NCBI RefSeq assembly: GCF_009914755.1
Contig: NC_060940.1
Reading direction: 5' to 3' (one strand)
DNA from: the human T2T-CHM13v2.0 reference genome, Homo sapiens
DNA length: 64,000 bases
The notes below the pieces were generated by a model. It was given only the letters and a program-made list of their open reading frames with translations. It had not been told where the DNA came from and did no database searches. Both the position numbers and the translations under genes were made by a program. Shown piece by piece: positions 41,016 to 56,430 of this stretch (position 1 is the first letter of the stretch; each line of letters begins with the position of its first letter).

Positions 41016-41148
41016 TTCAGGCCAGGTCTTCCTCCTATAGTGGAGAGTATGGAAGTGGTGGTGGAAAGCGATTCTCTCATTCTGGCAACCAGTTGGACGG
41101 CCCCATCACCGCCCTCCGGGTCCGAGTCAACACATACTACATCGTAGG
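41016..41148 (+). CDS. ZG16: ZG16 coding exon (IQARSSSYSGEYGSGGGKRFSHSGNQLDGPITALRVRVNTYYIV)
   Basis: acceptor CCCTCCAG|TT at 41014-41015, donor GG|GTAAGA at 41149; phase continuous with the previous exon. Confidence 0.9.
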
Positions 41149-41168
41149 GTAAGATTCTTTGAATTCCT

Positions 41169-41522
<354 letters not shown>

Positions 41523-41614
41523 TCACCCAGGCTTCACAGTCTGTAGGACTAGCCAGAGACCTCTCATCCCTATCATCACCTTTCTTTCTCCTTCCTTCCT
41601 CCCCTCTTCCTCAG

Positions 41615-41930
41615 TCTTCAGGTGCGCTATGGCAAGGTGTGGAGCGACTATGTGGGTGGTCGCAACGGAGACCTGGAGGAGATCTTTCTGCACCCTGGGG
41701 AATCAGTGATCCAGGTTTCTGGGAAGTACAAGTGGTACCTGAAGAAGCTGGTATTTGTGACAGACAAGGGCCGCTATCTGTCTTTTGGGAAAGACAGTGG
41801 CACAAGTTTCAATGCCGTCCCCTTGCACCCCAACACCGTGCTCCGCTTCATCAGTGGCCGGTCTGGTTCTCTCATCGATGCCATTGGCCTGCACTGGGAT
41901 GTTTACCCCACTAGCTGCAGCAGATGCTGA
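41615..41930 (+). CDS. ZG16: ZG16 terminal coding exon (jacalin-like domain, ...GLHWDVYPTSCSRC, stop TGA)
   Basis: acceptor TCTTCCTCAG|T at 41613-41614; 104 codons plus stop; total 167 aa across the three exons. Confidence 0.9.
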
Positions 41931-42006
41931 GCCTCCTCTCCTTGGCAGGGGCACTGTGATGAGGAGTAAGAACTCCCTTATCACTAACCCCCATCCAAAT
42001 GGCTCA

Positions 42007-42012
42007 ATAAAA
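42007..42012 (+). terminator. ZG16: ZG16 polyadenylation signal AATAAA
   Basis: GGCTCAATAAAAAAATATGG, 77 nt after the stop codon. Confidence 0.75.
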
Positions 42013-43007
42013 AAATATGGTTAAGGCTAGTCTGTGTGGGGGCATCTGTGGCTGGGATATCTGCCTCCTGACTTAGCCGGGGACGTGCAAATCTCACTTC
42101 TGGCTGGCTTTGGACATCTGTCTGGAAGATGGGAAGATGAGGGAGAGGTATGTAAGAATCCTGGGCTTTGTGCTATAATTTATCAAGAGGAGATGAGATT
42201 CTGGCTTGCATCAACGCTCTTCAAGGACAGCTCCTTGGAACATTGATCCAAACTGGAGTCATGGGTCTGAGGGCAAGGCCTAGTTGTGGCTTACACCAAA
42301 ACCCCAGATGTCCCACTCTCCAGCTCTCCTCACCCCTGGTCCTCCCCTTGAGAAAGTGCTGAACTCACTTGCTGTGTGTGGGTGGCCAGGACCATTAGCC
42401 TTTGTTCTTTCCCAGAACCCACCTGACTCCTGAAACTTAGCTGAAGTCTGTGCCCGAGGACCCTGCCCTGTTACCAGGCCCAGTTCCTCCTCACCTCTAC
42501 CCATGAGCCCCGGTGTCCTGCTAAGCCCTCTCAGATCTGGGATTCCTCCTTCCTCAGGAAGCCACCACCTTCTCAGCAGTGGAAACCCTGCCCACACTAT
42601 GCTCTTAGGCTTTAGCCATCAGAAGGTTACAGTGGACTGCGGGAGGCTGACACTAGGCTGAACTCATTAAGGAATGAATGGGAGGTGAGAAGACACAGGC
42701 AGCAAGAATCGAGTGTTTCAAGAAGTTTGGCTCTGGTTTGCCAGAAATAGGCAAGTCAGTTTTCGGGGGTGTGAGGAAAAAGGGTTTTGTGTCTTTTTAA
42801 AATCCTAGACAGGAGAGTCACAAGCATGTTCACATGATAAAGAGGAAGAAAGAGAAAGAGGCTGGAGATTCTGAAAAGAGATCACTGGTGAGGTCTCAAA
42901 AGAGATGGAAGAGGATGGTTATGTAGTTGGGGAAAGAAATTTTAAGAAGGGAAGAAAATTAAAATGAGTGAAGGTATACGTTAGTTTTGTAAAAGTTATC
43001 AATATCT

Positions 43008-43295
43008 GGCTGGGCACAGTGCTCACACCTGTAATCCCAGCACTTTGGGAGGCCAAGGCAGGCAGATCATTTGAGGTCAGGAGTTGGAGACAAGCCTCCA
43101 ACATGGTAAAACCCTGTCTCTACTAAAAATACAAAAATTAGCCAGGTGTGGTGGCAGTCACCTGTAATCCCAGCTACTTGGGAGGCTGAGGCATGAGAAT
43201 CACTTGAATGCTGGAGGCAGAGGTTACAATGAGTTGAGACAGCACAACTGCACCCCAGCCTGGATGACAGAGTGAGACTCCATCTAAAAAAAAAA
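43008..43295 (+). mobile_element. Alu SINE
   Basis: GGCTGGGCACAGTGCTCACACCTGTAATCCCAGCACTTTGGGAGGCCAAGG... Confidence 0.85.
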
Positions 43296-43399
43296 GGAAT
43301 GTTATCAGTATCAAAATGGAGTAACATATGTCACATCCTAACAAAATGGAACCAACCTGACACCTAAATTAAGCATTGCACCTGATAACACCATGGAGG

Positions 43400-43800
43400 A
43401 CTGGGTGGAGAATCAGCAGAAAATGGCAGGGAGAGGCAGTCTGTGGACCAAGTTCAGGTGAAAGGATCACCCATCATGTTGGGCATCAGATCAGGCAGGT
43501 TCACACACTACCTGAGGAAGCTGGTCTTTGTGACAGACAAGAGCTGCTCTGCCTCTTGGGAAACACAGGCACCAGTTTTAGTGCCATCTTCTTGCACCCA
43601 AATGCTGTCCTTTAACTCATCAGTTACAGTGCTGGATCCCTCATCACTGCCAATACGGGGCTAGCAATATGTCTGCCCCAGTGAATGCAGCCGCCACGGA
43701 GCCCCAGCCTCCTCTATGGCAGGGGCCCTGTGGTGGGGAATGAGGACTTCTCTATCATTAACCTCCATGCAGTTGGCTCAAGAAAAGGATATGGTAGTTG
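43400..43800 (+). pseudogene. degenerate partial copy A of the ZG16 last exon and 3' UTR (about 70-75% identity, frameshifted, in-frame stops)
   Basis: ...HYLRKLVFVTDK... and ...GTSFSAIFLHPNAVL.LIS.SAGSLI.A... in shifted frames, paralleling ZG16 YLKKLVFVTDKGRYLSFGKDSGTSFNAVPLHPNTVLRFISGRSGSLIDAIGLHW; then CAGCCTCCTCTATGGCAGGGGCCCTGTGGTGGGGAATGAGGACTTCTCTATCATTAACC...AAAAGGATATGG parallels the ZG16 3' UTR. Confidence 0.7.
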
Positions 43801-44265
43801 GGCAAGGGGGCTCACACCTGTAATCCCAGCACACTTGTAATCCCAGGAGGGTCGCTTGAGCCCAGGAGTTTAAGGCCAGCCCGGGCAACATAGCAACCTG
43901 TTTGTAGGCAAAATGAGGAGTTGAAGTTCCCCGTAGGATCTTCTAGGGCTCAACCAGCCTTCATGTGCAGTGGGACTGGCAAGAAATCTGTCATCCCTGT
44001 TACCACTTTGAAGGTCTCAGTGTGTATGCAGGTCCTGAAAAGTTCAAGTCCCACCTGAAACGCAACACAGCATCATGCTCTGATTCATCAGTGATTCCCT
44101 AATCAATGCCATTGGCTTGCATTGGGACTATCTATCCCAGCCTATCCAGTGACTTCAGCAGCTGCAGAGCCCCAGCCTCTTCTTTGGCAGGGGCACTGTG
44201 GTGAGGAGGAAGGATTCCCTTATCACAAATCTCCATCCAATTGGTTCTATAAACAGATATGGTGG
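43800..44265 (+). pseudogene. degenerate partial copy B of ZG16 intron-2 end (with Alu remnant), last exon (internally deleted) and 3' UTR
   Basis: GTAGGCAAAATGAGGAGTTGAAGTTCCCCGTAGGATCTTCTAGGGCTCAACCAGCCTTCA... parallels ZG16 41470-41560; ...TCATCAGTGATTCCCTAATCAATGCCATTGGCTTGCATTGGGAC...GCAGCTGCAGAGCCCCAGCCTCTTCTTTGGCAGGGGCACTGTGGTGAGGAGGAAGGATTCCCTTATCACAAATCTCCATCCAATTGG...AAACAGATATGG parallels 41850-42020. Confidence 0.7.
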
Positions 44266-45566
44266 CCCAACTGTTGCGGGAAGTCAGGGACCCCGAACGG
44301 AGGGACTGGCTGGAGCCACAGCTGAGGAACATAAATTGTGAAGATTTCATGGACATTTACCAGTTCCCAAAATTAATACTTTTATACTTTCTTATGCCTG
44401 TCTTTACTGCAATCACTAAACATAAATTGTGAAGATTTCATGAACATTTATCAGTTCCCAAATAATACTCTTATAATTTCTTATGCCTGTCTTTATTTTA
44501 ATCTCAATCCTGTTATCTTCATAAGCTGAGAATGTACGTCACCTCAGGACCCTGTGATGATTGCATTAACTAACAAATTGATTGTAAAACATGTGTGTTT
44601 GAACAATATGAAATCTGATTGTAAATGTGCATTTGAACAATATGAAATCAGTGCACCTTAAAAAAGAACAGAATAACAGTGATTTTAGGGAACAAGTGCA
44701 GAGGTTACAATGAGTTGAGATAGTGCGACTGCACTCCAGCCTGGATGACAGAGCGAGATTTCATCTAAAAAAAAAAAAAAAAGAATGTTATCAGTATCAA
44801 AATGGAGTCACATATGTCATATCCTAACAAAATGGAACAAAAAGGGAAGATAACCATAAGGTCTGACTGCCTGCGGGGTCGGGCAAAAAGAGCCATATTT
44901 TTCTTCTTGCAGAGAGCCTATAAATGGACGTGCGAGTAGGAGAGATATCGCTAAATTCTTTTCCTAGCAAGGAATATTAAATATTAAGACCCTAGGAAAA
45001 GAATTGCATTCCTTGGAGGAGGTTTACAAATGGCCACTCTGGGAGTGTCTGTCTTATGCTGTTGAGATAAGGACTGAAATATGACCCGGTCTCCTGCAGT
45101 ACCCTCAGGCTTACTAGGATTGGGAAATTCCAACCTGGTAAATTTTGGTCAGACCGGTTCTCTGCTCTCGAACCCTGTCTTCTGTTAAGATGTTTATCAA
45201 GACAATACATGCACAGCTGAACATAGGCCCTCATCAGTAATTCTAATTTTGCCCTTTGTCTTGTGATCTTTGCTTTGCCCTTTGCCTTGTGATCTTTACT
45301 GGCCTCAGAAGCATGTGATCTCTGTGACCTACTCCCTGTTCGTACACCCCCTCCCCTTTTGAAATCCTTAATAAAAACTTGCTGGTTTTGCGGCTCAGGT
45401 GGGGCATTATGGACCTACCGATATGTGATGTCACCCCCCACCAGCCCAGCTGTAAAATTCCTATCTTTGTACTCTTTCTTTTTATTTCTCAGACCGGCCA
45501 ACACTTAGGGAAAATAGAAAGAACCTACGCTGAAATATTGGGGGCTGGTTCTTCTGATACCCAACA
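44262..45566 (+). mobile_element. LTR12-family (HERV9) solo LTR, ~1.3 kb, with a ~150-bp foreign insert at about 44700-44850
   Basis: ...TGTTGCGGGAAGTCAGGGACCCCGAACGGAGGGACTGGCTGGAGCCACAGCTGAGGAACATAAATTGTGAAGATTTCATGGACATTTA.CAGTTCCCAAAATTAATACTTTTATA... with the tandem TGTGAAGATTTCATG repeats, ...GGAAGATAACCATAAGGTCTGACTGCCTGCGGGGTCGGGCAAAAAGAGCCATATTTTTCTTCTTGCAGAGAGCCTATAAATGGACGTGCGAGTAGGAGAGATATCGC..., ...CCTTAATAAAAACTTGCTGGTTTTGCGGCTCAGGTGGGGCATTATGGACCTACCGATATGTGATGTCACCCCC...; all characteristic of LTR12 as I recall it. Confidence 0.8.
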
Positions 45567-45722
45567 CCATGGCTCACAGCTGTAATTCCAACACTTCCAG
45601 AGGCCAAGGCAGGAGGATCACTTGAACCTTGGAGTTTGAGGTTGCCATGAGCTATGATTGTACCAGTGCACTCCGACCTGGGTGACACAGTGAGACCTTG
45701 TCTCTAATAAGAAGAAAAAAAT
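45567..45722 (+). mobile_element. Alu SINE with internal deletion
   Basis: CCATGGCTCACAGCTGTAATTCCAACACTTCCAGAGGCCAAGGCAGGAGGATCACTTGAACCTTGGAGTTTGAGGTTGCCATGAGC... Confidence 0.75.
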
Positions 45723-45724
45723 GC

Positions 45725-46990
<1,266 letters not shown>

Positions 46991-47250
46991 TTGCCATTCT
47001 AGGTAAGATTTGTGAATAAAACTAATTCTTTAAAAGCCTGAGTTTTTCTTTAGTTGACAGTTTTAATTAACATACTCTTTTCTTTCCTCTTCTGCAGACC
47101 CAGCCTCACCATTCCAATGAAGACATCAATTAACCCATGCACAGCCGCTACAAACGGGGAGCTCATTGCCTGCAGGGAAGGACCCTCTACAGAGAGCTAC
47201 CTGGGGGCTGGGAAGCAGGACCCCAGGCTGAGTCCTGCCTTTTGGTAGTG

Positions 47251-47295
47251 CCCCGCCCCGGCCAATGCGGCTGTTATATCAAAGTACATAAAAGT
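47251..47295 (+). promoter_or_regulatory. compact promoter-like cluster: GC box, CCAAT box, TATA-like
   Basis: CCCCGCCCCGGCCAATGCGGCTGTTATATCAAAGTACATAAAAGTG: Sp1-type GC box 47251-47259, CCAAT 47262-47266, TTATAT/CATAAAAG 47274-47293. Confidence 0.35.
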
Positions 47296-47516
47296 GAAGG
47301 CAAAGGGTGTCCACGTGGGATAGACTGGCATAGCTTCCTGGCCACCCATGGTGCTCCATTATCTCTTCGAGGACCCCTTCTCCACGAGACCCTCCAGGTC
47401 TGGTCCTCTATCGTCCAGCCCCCATTCTCTTCTCCATCACTGCTGCTGTGTCCCAGATGACCTTAATTTAATCTTCACATATTTGAAGGACAGAATCATC
47501 GGCCTCACCCACTAAT

Positions 47517-47820
47517 TATTATTATTATTATTTTATTTTATTATTATTATTTTTTGAGACGGAGTCTCGTTCTGTCACCCAGGCTGGAGTGCATCACTGC
47601 AAGCTCCGCCTCCCAGGTTCACGCCATTCTCCTGTCTCAGCCTCCCGAGTAGCTGGGACTACAGGCGTCCGCCACCACGCCTGGCTAATTTGTTGTATTT
47701 TTAGTAGAGACGGGGTTTCACCGTGTTAGCCAGGATGGTCTCGATCTCCTGACCTCGTGATCTGCCCGCCTCGGCCTCCCAAAGTGCTGGGATTACAGGC
47801 ATGAGCCACCGCGCCAGGCC
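47517..47820 (-). mobile_element. AluY-like SINE with (ATT)n-modified tail and 13-bp target-site duplication
   Basis: ...GAGACGGAGTCTCGTTCTGTCACCCAGGCTGGAGTGCA..CACTGCAAGCTCCGCCTCCCAGGTTCACGCCATTCTCC...GTTAGCCAGGATGGTCTCGATCTCC...; CCCACTAATTATT on both flanks (47509-47521 and 47824-47836). Confidence 0.85.
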
Positions 47821-47861
47821 TAGACCCACTAATTATTTTTTATGGCACAAACTCTATGTTT

Positions 47862-49248
<1,387 letters not shown>

Positions 49249-49689
49249 TAATTTCTACCAGCCAGATGCAGATCCTTAAAACAACCCTAGGAGGTATTTC
49301 AACCATTATTCCCTTTTAATATCTGAGGAAATGGAGGCACAAAGAGGCTAAATCTCTGGTCTGGGCAGCCTGGCACCAAGGCCCTGTACCTAAATGGTTT
49401 ATTCAAACATAGAAGCCCTATCTCCTTGATCTATGCTCTTTTCACTATTTCTGGCAGGTTTCTTACCAAATATCTGGAGTTGACAACAAATGTGAAAACT
49501 GATCAGCCTTTTCTGACAGGCAAGGAAGACCAAACTGCCAATTGCCAATGTCAGATGTTCTCAAAGTATGGTCCAGAGACTTCTGGGAGTCCCTGAGACA
49601 CTTTCAGTGGGTCTACAAGTTCAAAACTATTTTCATAATAAAACTAAGATACCAATTGACTTCTCTTGCATTGTTTCTCAAGTATATAG

Positions 49690-49951
<262 letters not shown>

Positions 49952-49952
49952 T

Positions 49953-50595
<643 letters not shown>

Positions 50596-50819
50596 TTACG
50601 CAGCCATCATCACTACTTCATTCCAAAATATTTAATATTTCCATCACCCCCAAAAGAAACTCGTTATATCTATTGCTGTAGTGCCAGCTCCTCAGCCCCT
50701 CACCATCCCCTGGCAACCACTACTTAGATGTCCTTTTTATGTCTATGGGTTTGTTACTGTAATTTTTAAATTCATTAATGTCAACTTTAATTTAGTTTCA
50801 CTTCACACACAGTATATAC

Positions 50820-51120
<301 letters not shown>

Positions 51121-51170
51121 CCCTCATATACACAAAACATCTTTGGAGGCCTCATTTTTAAAAACTGTAG

Positions 51171-51509
<339 letters not shown>

Positions 51510-52228
51510 CGTGTTTTGTTTTGTTGTTCAACAGGGTGGAACATAATGTCTAAACCTGGGCCCTACCTACCTGGTGCTCAAAAGTGGAATGACCGTCCCT
51601 AGCCAACCCTTCAGAAAGGACAGAGAGCTACTCAACGGACTGCTGTACTCTTAAGGACTGGGAACCGGAACCGTGGGTGAGTGGGACTGAATCACAGACT
51701 AAGCGTTTTCCACGCTTCGCCGACGTGCTGAGTGCCAAGTTATAAAGACAGGAACATCCAAGCTGCTCTCCTGGGCTGACACGGACGCGAGGGGACCTAC
51801 AGTGGCCTTGGGCCCAGCAGGCAGCGACTGCAACGTGACTGCCCAGAGTCCAGCCCCTGGGGCCCAGATCTACAGAACCGACCAGACGTGATAGCCCTTT
51901 GGCTGGGGCTGCAGTCCCACGATCCACACAACGACCCTGGCTCCGCAGACGCGCCAACCACCCACGGAGGCAAGAAACTGCAGAAAGTAAAGGGAAAGGG
52001 AGCCCAGTGCCGGGCGGCGCTGAGCAGCTCCCCCAGCGGCCACCGTCGCCAACATCCCTGCGTAGGGGTTTGTATCGCAGCGCGCTTCCAGACATCAACG
52101 GCTGCGCGGCCCACGCGCGCGCATGCGTCCTGACCAGGGGAACCTTTTCTTGGGGACCCGGAGGCGAGCGCTGGAAGGCGGGATAGTGGCGACCCACACG
52201 CAGCAGCTTCCGGCGGCGCGTAGTCTTG

Positions 52229-52273
52229 ATTGGTGGAACCTGGGAGAGGGGGCGGGGCACCGGGGAATTCGAA
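52229..52273 (+). promoter_or_regulatory. KIF22: KIF22 core promoter: inverted CCAAT (ATTGG), GC box, CHR-like TTCGAA
   Basis: CTTGATTGGTGGAACC (52229-52233), GGGGGCGGGGC (52248-52258), GGGGAATTCGAATGGG (TTCGAA 52268-52273); 30-75 nt upstream of the ATG at 52304. Confidence 0.5.
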
Positions 52274-52303
52274 TGGGAGAGGCGGGCCCAAGGAGGGAGT
52301 GGA

Positions 52304-52373
52304 ATGGCCGCGGGCGGCTCGACGCAGCAGAGGCGACGCGAGATGGCGGCAGCTTCAGCGGCGGCGATCTCAG
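52304..52373 (+). CDS. KIF22: KIF22 coding exon 1 (MAAGGSTQQRRREMAAASAAAIS, plus 1 nt)
   Basis: ATG at 52304; donor CAG|GTACTT at 52374; translation matches the kinesin-like DNA-binding protein Kid N-terminus. Confidence 0.9.
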
Positions 52374-54723
52374 GTACTTGAGCCCGGCCTGGGCAAGGCG
52401 GGTACCGACGTCTGGAGTTTAGTGGGAGTTATGTGTCGGAGTGTGGTCCAGGCTCTGCGGGTTGTCGCGGAGAGGCGGCCATGGCGCAGGGGCGGGGAGA
52501 GGGGGACGGTGAGAGTGTGGGGTCGCGAGCCGGTCGCCCCGCCTGGCTCCTGCCTTCTCCCTGTTTCCTGCTCTCCCCTTGGGTCAGTAGACTCGGGTCT
52601 CCGGTCCAGGCTCTTGGCTTGAACCCCGCGCACTTTTCCTTTGTGAGCTTCGGTTTCTTCGTCTGTGAAACGGGGGTCATGGCCTCATCCCTGGAGATCA
52701 CCTGAATAAGCAAGAGAAGAGTGGCGGACGCTCTAGCCACGAGGACGAGAAGAAGGGAGCCGGAGGCGTGTATTGGGAAGGGTTCTGTGTGGGACATGGT
52801 GTTTGGGTGCAGAGACATCCCTGAGAGATGCAAGAGGACGGGCTGAGGAACAGACCCGGCTGCTGCTGGGTTTGAGTTGGCAGCGTAAGATGCTCTGCGA
52901 TTACAGGAAAACGAAATAAAAGACTAAAATTTCCTTTCACTCTAGCATGGAAGTGAATGCTATTTTAGGGTTGGAAAGGCTGTTAGGACACCCAAAATCT
53001 TGTATGTGAGTATTTGTTTACATGTGCCTCTCTAACCCGGAGACTTAATCCTCGTTAGTGATGATGGTGAGCGCCATAGTAATTCACTGGAGCCCTCGTT
53101 AGCCTCGTGGGGAAACAGACATTTAGGAGAATGCCTAACACATGTAGAGCTCTTGCTATGTGCCAGGCACAGTTGTAGGCATTTTATGGTGGTGAACCAT
53201 TTATTGTCCACACAATGCTATCAGGTTGTTACTATTACTGTCTTTGTTTTACACAGGAAACTGAGGTTAGTTTGTTCAGAGTTAACACAACTAGTAAATA
53301 TTGGGGCTTGAATTCGCTCTCAAGGAGTCTGAGTGTAGAACCTCTGCTCTTAACCATTATGCCCAAGTACATGTTATCCCTGCTGGCTGAGCACAGTCTC
53401 CCCTTACCCTTCGAAGATGCACTGTGTCCGGTGCATGGTAGATATGAAAATGCCTGAATGAATAATGTCCCTTCCTCGAGGAATTTACAGTCTGTTTCAA
53501 TAGAGTGTCACATACGTAGATGTAATACGAAACACAATGAGAGATGTGTATAAACTGAGGGTGTGGAATCTGAAGTAAGCCCTTGAGTATTCTGGGAGGA
53601 CTTCATTAAGGGAGTGAATGATACTTGAGATGGGTTTCAAAGGTTGGATAGGAGTTTGCCAGGCCTTGACTAAGAAGACAAGAACAGCAAGTGTTTTCTT
53701 ATTTATGATGTAAAAGAGGCCAAAGATGCTCTCTTAGCTCAATTTCCTCATCAATAAAAGGGAGAAGAGTGAATGAAATTTAGGAATTGTGAAAGAAGGG
53801 AAAATTAATAATTGCTAGCCTGGTCCAAGCTCAAGGTTGCTTTTATCATGAAAGGGCTAGACTCTTGTGCAGTAAATAATTGTTTACATGTGGCCCTCCC
53901 CTCTTCCCTCCTACCCTGGACTGTGAGCCCTGGGGCAGGAATGGCCGTGAGCCATTTTCATGATGGAAATGAACAAGCCAGTGATTAGTAGTTTATTCAC
54001 TAAATCTTAATTTTTTTCAGCAAATACTTCTTGAGGGCCTACTCTGCGCCAGGTGTTGGGGTTAGAAAGGTGAGCAGGATAAAACTTGTTCTCACAGTTG
54101 GCAGTCAGGTGGAGAAAGTGACAAACACGCAATAGTGGGGTGTGACAAATGCTTATGGAGGGGCTAACATGAGCTGTGGTTGCACCTGATAAAGCCTTAG
54201 TGTCTACCAGGAAAGGGTTTTTGGTTTTGTTTTTTAAGAGGAGTTAAAATGTGTTTACCTTAGTCACTCCAGGGTGGGGTGGGGAGCAATGCAGATATTC
54301 TAGGGAGAGAGATTAACGTGGACAAAAATCCAAAGGTGCAAGAGAACTTGGAGTTTTGTAGGAAGTGAAGGAAATTCATCATGACTGGTAACTTACACTG
54401 CAAGGAAGGAAACAGAGGGAATGACTAGAGGGCAGGGAGACACCTTGCTACCACCAGCAAGGAAGGCTGTAAAGACCATGACCTTGGGCAGAGGTAGTGC
54501 AGTGGGAGTGGAGAGAAGTGGACTTGTTCAAGAGAGATTTAAAGAGATAGACTTGACAGATGTTAATGATGAACTGATGTGGGAGGTAAGAGACGTTGGA
54601 GTTAAAGACTCCCACTTTTGGGGTTGGTGCCATTCATTTACATCAGAGATCAAAGGAGGAGGCTGCAGAGAGATGGGGAAGGAGGGTTCAGTTTAGGACA
54701 GGTGGAGTTTAAGAGGAGCCGTC

Positions 54724-54998
54724 GGCTGGGCTCACGCCTGTAATCCCAGCATTTTGGGAGACCAAGGTGGGTGGATCACGAGGTCAAGAGATCGAGACCA
54801 TCTTGGCCAACATGGTGAAACCCTGTCTCTAAAATTAATCAAAAATTAGCTGGGCGTGGTGGCGTGCACCTGTAGTCCCAGCTATTCGGGAGGCTGAGGC
54901 AGGAGAATCGCTTGAACCGGGAGGCGGAGATTGCAGTGAGCCAAGAGCGCCACTGCACTCCAGCCTGGCGACAGTGAGATTCTGTCTCAAAAAAAAGG
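54724..54998 (+). mobile_element. Alu SINE (KIF22 intron 1) with 10-bp target-site duplication
   Basis: GGCTGGGCTCACGCCTGTAATCCCAGCATTTTGGGAGACCAAGG...; AGGAGCCGTC on both flanks. Confidence 0.85.
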
Positions 54999-55890
54999 AG
55001 CCGTCAGGGCAGCCGTTCAGAACGTGGGCTGCAGTTGAGAGCTCTTGTGCAGAACGTGCAATAGGACTTATCAGCTGTAAGATGTTACTGAAGCCAAGAG
55101 GGCGGGTGACCGGCCTATGAAATGAATCTGAGTGGTCTCAGCTCGGGGCAACTTTGTCCCTCACAGGACATTTGGAGATGTCTGGAGAGATTTTTAGTTG
55201 TTACAACTTGAGGGTGAGGGTGGAGAATGCTACTGGCATCTAGTAAGCATATGCTAACAGTCTAAATGCACAGGACAGCCCCACAACGGAATTAGCCAGC
55301 CCGAAATGTCAGTAGTGCTGAAGTTGAGAAATGCTGGTCTAGAGAAAGGATAGACGGATCCTAGGATGAGGAGTGAACAGAAAACTAGGTAAGACAACCA
55401 GGAAGGTGGGGGGCATGGAAATGAAGGGAAAAGTGTGTTTCCCAAGAGTGTCGCATACTTCTGGGAGGTCCAACAGGATTGAGGCTGAGTATGCCTACTG
55501 GATCTAGCACTAGGGAAGTCATGGGTGACCCTGCTGAATAGTGAGGGCAGAAGCAAGTTGCAGGGATGGAGGAGTGGGTAGCAAGAGAAAGGGTGTAATA
55601 ATAACAGCTAAGGACTGAGCAGTTGCTGCCAGGCACTGTGCTAAACATTGTATGTACATTATTACTTTGAATCCTCACATTCTTATGAGATGCAAAGATG
55701 AAGGGGCTAAGGAGGCTGAGGAGGGTTCATATAAAGCACTTTGGAGTTAGATCTTCATTTGAAGCTGTCAGTCACTAGCTGTTGACCCTGGGTCAGTCAG
55801 CTAACCCCTCTATACTGAGGTTTCCTCATCTGGAAAATGGGAGACGGACATTAAAAAGCACTTACTGGCCTTTCACCAAATACCAGATAA

Positions 55891-56430
<540 letters not shown>

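Larger units (their letters stand above)
51560..52800 (+). promoter_or_regulatory. KIF22: CpG island spanning the KIF22 promoter, exon 1 and start of intron 1
   Basis: very high CpG density (CGGCGGCGCG, GCGCGCGC, CGACGCGAGATGGCGGCAGC...), GC above 65%. Confidence 0.8.
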
